This document shows, in pieces, positions 61,934-64,000 of a DNA stretch of 64,000 bases; position 1 is the first letter of the stretch, and each line of letters starts with the position of its first letter. The position numbers and the translations under genes are program-made. The stretch comes from Candidatus Buchananbacteria bacterium. GTDB taxonomy: Bacteria > Patescibacteriota > Patescibacteriia > Buchananbacterales > UBA6539. Below the pieces are notes generated by a model. That model was not told where the DNA came from, did not search any database, and worked only from the letters and a program-made list of their open reading frames with translations. Location: the NCBI GenBank assembly GCA_013359225.1, contig JABWCG010000001.1, positions 134,410 to 198,409 on the forward strand, given 5' to 3'.

Positions 61934-63673
61934 ATGATTGCCGAAAAAAAATCAGAAGTTTTTTCGTCCCCATTTGAGAAAAGAATGGCGCTTTTGTTTT
62001 TAGTTATCTTGTTTGTCGCGGTTGTGATTATCATCCGGTTATTCAGTCTGCAGGTGCTGCAGCATTCGTTTTATGCCGTCATGGCATCGGAACGCCAGGA
62101 AGTCTATAAAAATTTGATCGCTGAACGCGGCTCTATTTATGTGAGAGAAAAAGACCAGTTGTATCCGCTGGTGACTAACCGTGAATATTATTTAGTTTTT
62201 GCCGAGCCGTCAAAAATTGAAAGTCCAAACAAAGTTGTTGATTCAATTACCCCAATTTTAGGATTGGAAGAAGCGGAATGGAAGGAATTGCTCCCGAAAC
62301 TTGCCAAAAAAGATGATCCTTATGAACCAATTAAACGCAAAGTTACTAAAACGCAGGTTGACCAGATTAAAGCTTTGGATTTGGCGGGAATTGGCTTTTC
62401 ACCGGAAACGTATCGTTATTATCCGGAAGCGGGAATTGGCGGGCATATTTTTGGTTTTGTTAGTACTAAAGACGATAAGGCGGTTGGGCAGTATGGGCTG
62501 GAAGGATATTTTAATGAAGAATTGTCAGGTAAGTCAGGTTTGATTAAATCAATGAAAGACGCACTTGGTTCATTAATCGCCATCGGGCCGCGGTCAGTGC
62601 AACAGGCTGAAGACGGAACTGATTTAGTTTTAACAATTGACCGCAATATCCAATTTACCGCCTGCCAAAAATTGAAAGAGTTTTATGATTGGTATCAGGC
62701 CGAATCGGGAACGGTGGTGATTGCCAATCCAAAAACGGGAGCGATTTTAGCAATGTGCAGTTTCCCTGACTTTGATCCGCAAAATTATAACGAGGTTGAA
62801 AATATTAATTATTTTAATAATCCTGCTGTTTTTAGCGCGTATGAGCCAGGTTCAGTCTTTAAAACTATTACCATGTCTGCGGCCCTTAATGAGGGGAAGG
62901 TTACGCCGGAAACTACCTATGAAGATACCGGTGAACTGAAAGTGGGCCCTTATACGATTAGAAATTTTGACAACAAGGCGTATGGCGTCCAGACCATGAC
63001 TCAGGCGCTGGCGCAATCGTTAAACTTGGGCCTGGCGTTTGCGGCTGAACAAATTGGTGCGCCGGCTTTTACCAGATATGTGAAGAATTTTGGGTTTGGT
63101 AAAAACACTGGGATTGAATTAGATACAGAAATGCCTGGTGATATCAAAAATTTAGACCGCACTGGTGATGTGTATTATTTAACAGCATCTTACGGACACG
63201 GATTAACCGTCACGCCAATTCAGTTGGTGGCAGCATACGGGGCGATCGCCAATAAGGGGCTATTAATGAAGCCCTATATTGTTGCTGAAAAAATTGACAA
63301 TAAGGATAAGATTAAAACAACACAGCCAGAATCCGTCAGACAGGTAATTGATCAAAAAACAGCGGCGATTATTACTGGCATGCTCACCGAAGTGGTTGAA
63401 AGTAGCTATGACAAAAAAGCCAGAGTTCCCAACCATTATTTGGCGGCAAAAACCGGAACGGCACTGATTCCCGCATCCGGCGGCGGATATAGCAATCAGA
63501 CAATTCACACAATTGTTGGTTTTGGCCCGGTGACTGATCCGGCGTTTGTCATTTTGATTAAAATGGACAAAATCAAGCGTGGCCCAGCCTTTGCATCCGA
63601 CAGCGTCGGGCCGTTATTTAGCCGAATTGCCGAATATCTGTTAAACTATTATCAAATTCCGCCGGACTATTAA
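61934..63673 (+). CDS. ftsI: Penicillin-binding protein 2/3 (FtsI-type transpeptidase)
   Basis: It has an N-terminal TM and a PBP dimer domain. The transpeptidase motifs are SVFK (SxxK), SYG (SxN) and KTGTA (KTG). Confidence 0.9.
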   Translation: MIAEKKSEVFSSPFEKRMALLFLVILFVAVVIIIRLFSLQVLQHSFYAVMASERQEVYKNLIAERGSIYVREKDQLYPLVTNREYYLVFAEPSKIESPNKVVDSITPILGLEEAEWKELLPKLAKKDDPYEPIKRKVTKTQVDQIKALDLAGIGFSPETYRYYPEAGIGGHIFGFVSTKDDKAVGQYGLEGYFNEELSGKSGLIKSMKDALGSLIAIGPRSVQQAEDGTDLVLTIDRNIQFTACQKLKEFYDWYQAESGTVVIANPKTGAILAMCSFPDFDPQNYNEVENINYFNNPAVFSAYEPGSVFKTITMSAALNEGKVTPETTYEDTGELKVGPYTIRNFDNKAYGVQTMTQALAQSLNLGLAFAAEQIGAPAFTRYVKNFGFGKNTGIELDTEMPGDIKNLDRTGDVYYLTASYGHGLTVTPIQLVAAYGAIANKGLLMKPYIVAEKIDNKDKIKTTQPESVRQVIDQKTAAIITGMLTEVVESSYDKKARVPNHYLAAKTGTALIPASGGGYSNQTIHTIVGFGPVTDPAFVILIKMDKIKRGPAFASDSVGPLFSRIAEYLLNYYQIPPDY

Positions 63674-63680
63674 ACTACCT

Positions 63681-64000
63681 ATGAAAAGTCAATTAAAAAA
63701 AATACTTGAACAAACCTTGAGAATTTTTGCTCAGGCAATTTTGAGTAAGTACTCGCCGGAGGTGGTGGCAGTTACCGGCAGTGTCGGCAAAACCTCAACT
63801 AAAGAGGCGATTTATCAGGTGTTGTCATCAACGTATGCGGTTGGAACCAATTTAAAGAACTATAACAATGAGCTTGGGATTCCGCTTTCGATTATCGGTT
63901 CAGAGTCCGGCGGCAGATCAATTTTAAAGTGGCTGGGAGTTTTTCTTAAAGCTTTGCGGTTGCTTATTTTCAAAAGTAAAAAATATCCGAATATATTGGT
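63681..64000 (+). CDS. murF: UDP-N-acetylmuramoyl-tripeptide--D-alanyl-D-alanine ligase, N-terminal part only (runs off the window)
   Basis: It starts MKSQLKK. VVAVTGSVGKTSTKE (P-loop) and NYNNELGIPLSIIG are MurF signatures. It is absent from the ORF track because it is truncated. Confidence 0.7.
   Translation, partial: MKSQLKKILEQTLRIFAQAILSKYSPEVVAVTGSVGKTSTKEAIYQVLSSTYAVGTNLKNYNNELGIPLSIIGSESGGRSILKWLGVFLKALRLLIFKSKKYPNIL

Noticed and set aside
1-64000. Mobile-element boundaries (integrase, transposase, att repeats) around the three atypical islands
   Set aside because: I saw no integrase or transposase-like ORF, and no direct repeats flanking the islands. Acquisition is inferred from composition and SD usage only.

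Overview
This 64 kb window is a gene-dense fragment from a small-genome bacterium with moderate-to-low GC (about 40-45% by eye). The gene content and architecture fit a Candidate Phyla Radiation (Patescibacteria) lineage best: a short archaeal-like RmlA, a Gram-positive-style reduced type IV pilus set, several GT-C-like membrane glycosyltransferases, a split dcw cluster and an archaeal-like UMP kinase.

Gene content, in order:
- 1-17.4 kb: a surface-glycan locus. It holds a UXS-like dehydratase, GT2 and GT4 transferases, CutA, VanZ, rmlC-rmlB-rmlD-rmlA, a HIT protein and three large GT-C-like polytopic membrane proteins.
- 17.4-26.4 kb: PEGA protein, murA, ctpA (S41), acylphosphatase, rplI, pyrG, rpmA, a lipoprotein with a C39-like peptidase domain and a NifS/IscS cysteine desulfurase.
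- 26.4-34.5 kb, minus strand: a type IV pilus-like cluster with pilB, pilC, four pseudopilins including a GspK-like one, and pilM/N/O.
- 34.6-42.9 kb: the dcw sub-cluster mraY-murD-ftsW-murG-[patatin-like phospholipase]-murC-murB.
- 43.4-51.8 kb: secA, a nucleoside deoxyribosyltransferase-like gene plus two MazG-like genes, mutM, a PAP2 protein, uppP, a sugar nucleotidyltransferase, mltG and pyrH.
- 52.9-53.9 kb: rplJ-rplL with a long leader.
- 54-59.8 kb: a PP2C-like membrane sensor, a wHTH protein, an alpha/beta hydrolase, tsaB, an L,D-transpeptidase with calcium-binding repeats, a Nudix hydrolase and an orphan response regulator.
- 59.9-64 kb: mraZ-rsmH-ftsL-ftsI-murF, preceded by a phased array of AAAGTGG MraZ-type operator boxes.

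The observation I would follow up first is three short islands at about 6.0-7.1 kb, 42.9-43.3 kb and 51.8-52.8 kb. Together they carry five small ORFs I could not assign to any family. All five have strong Shine-Dalgarno sites (GGAGGT, AAGGGAG, AGGAGG, GGAGG, AAGGAG), higher GC by eye (about 50%) and CTG/GAG-rich codon use. Each island ends in its own rho-independent terminator, and the first and third also have their own promoter. The native genes of the window almost all lack an SD and are often leaderless. I read this as recently acquired foreign DNA, possibly host-derived cargo.

I found no tRNA, rRNA, CRISPR array, transposase or integrase.
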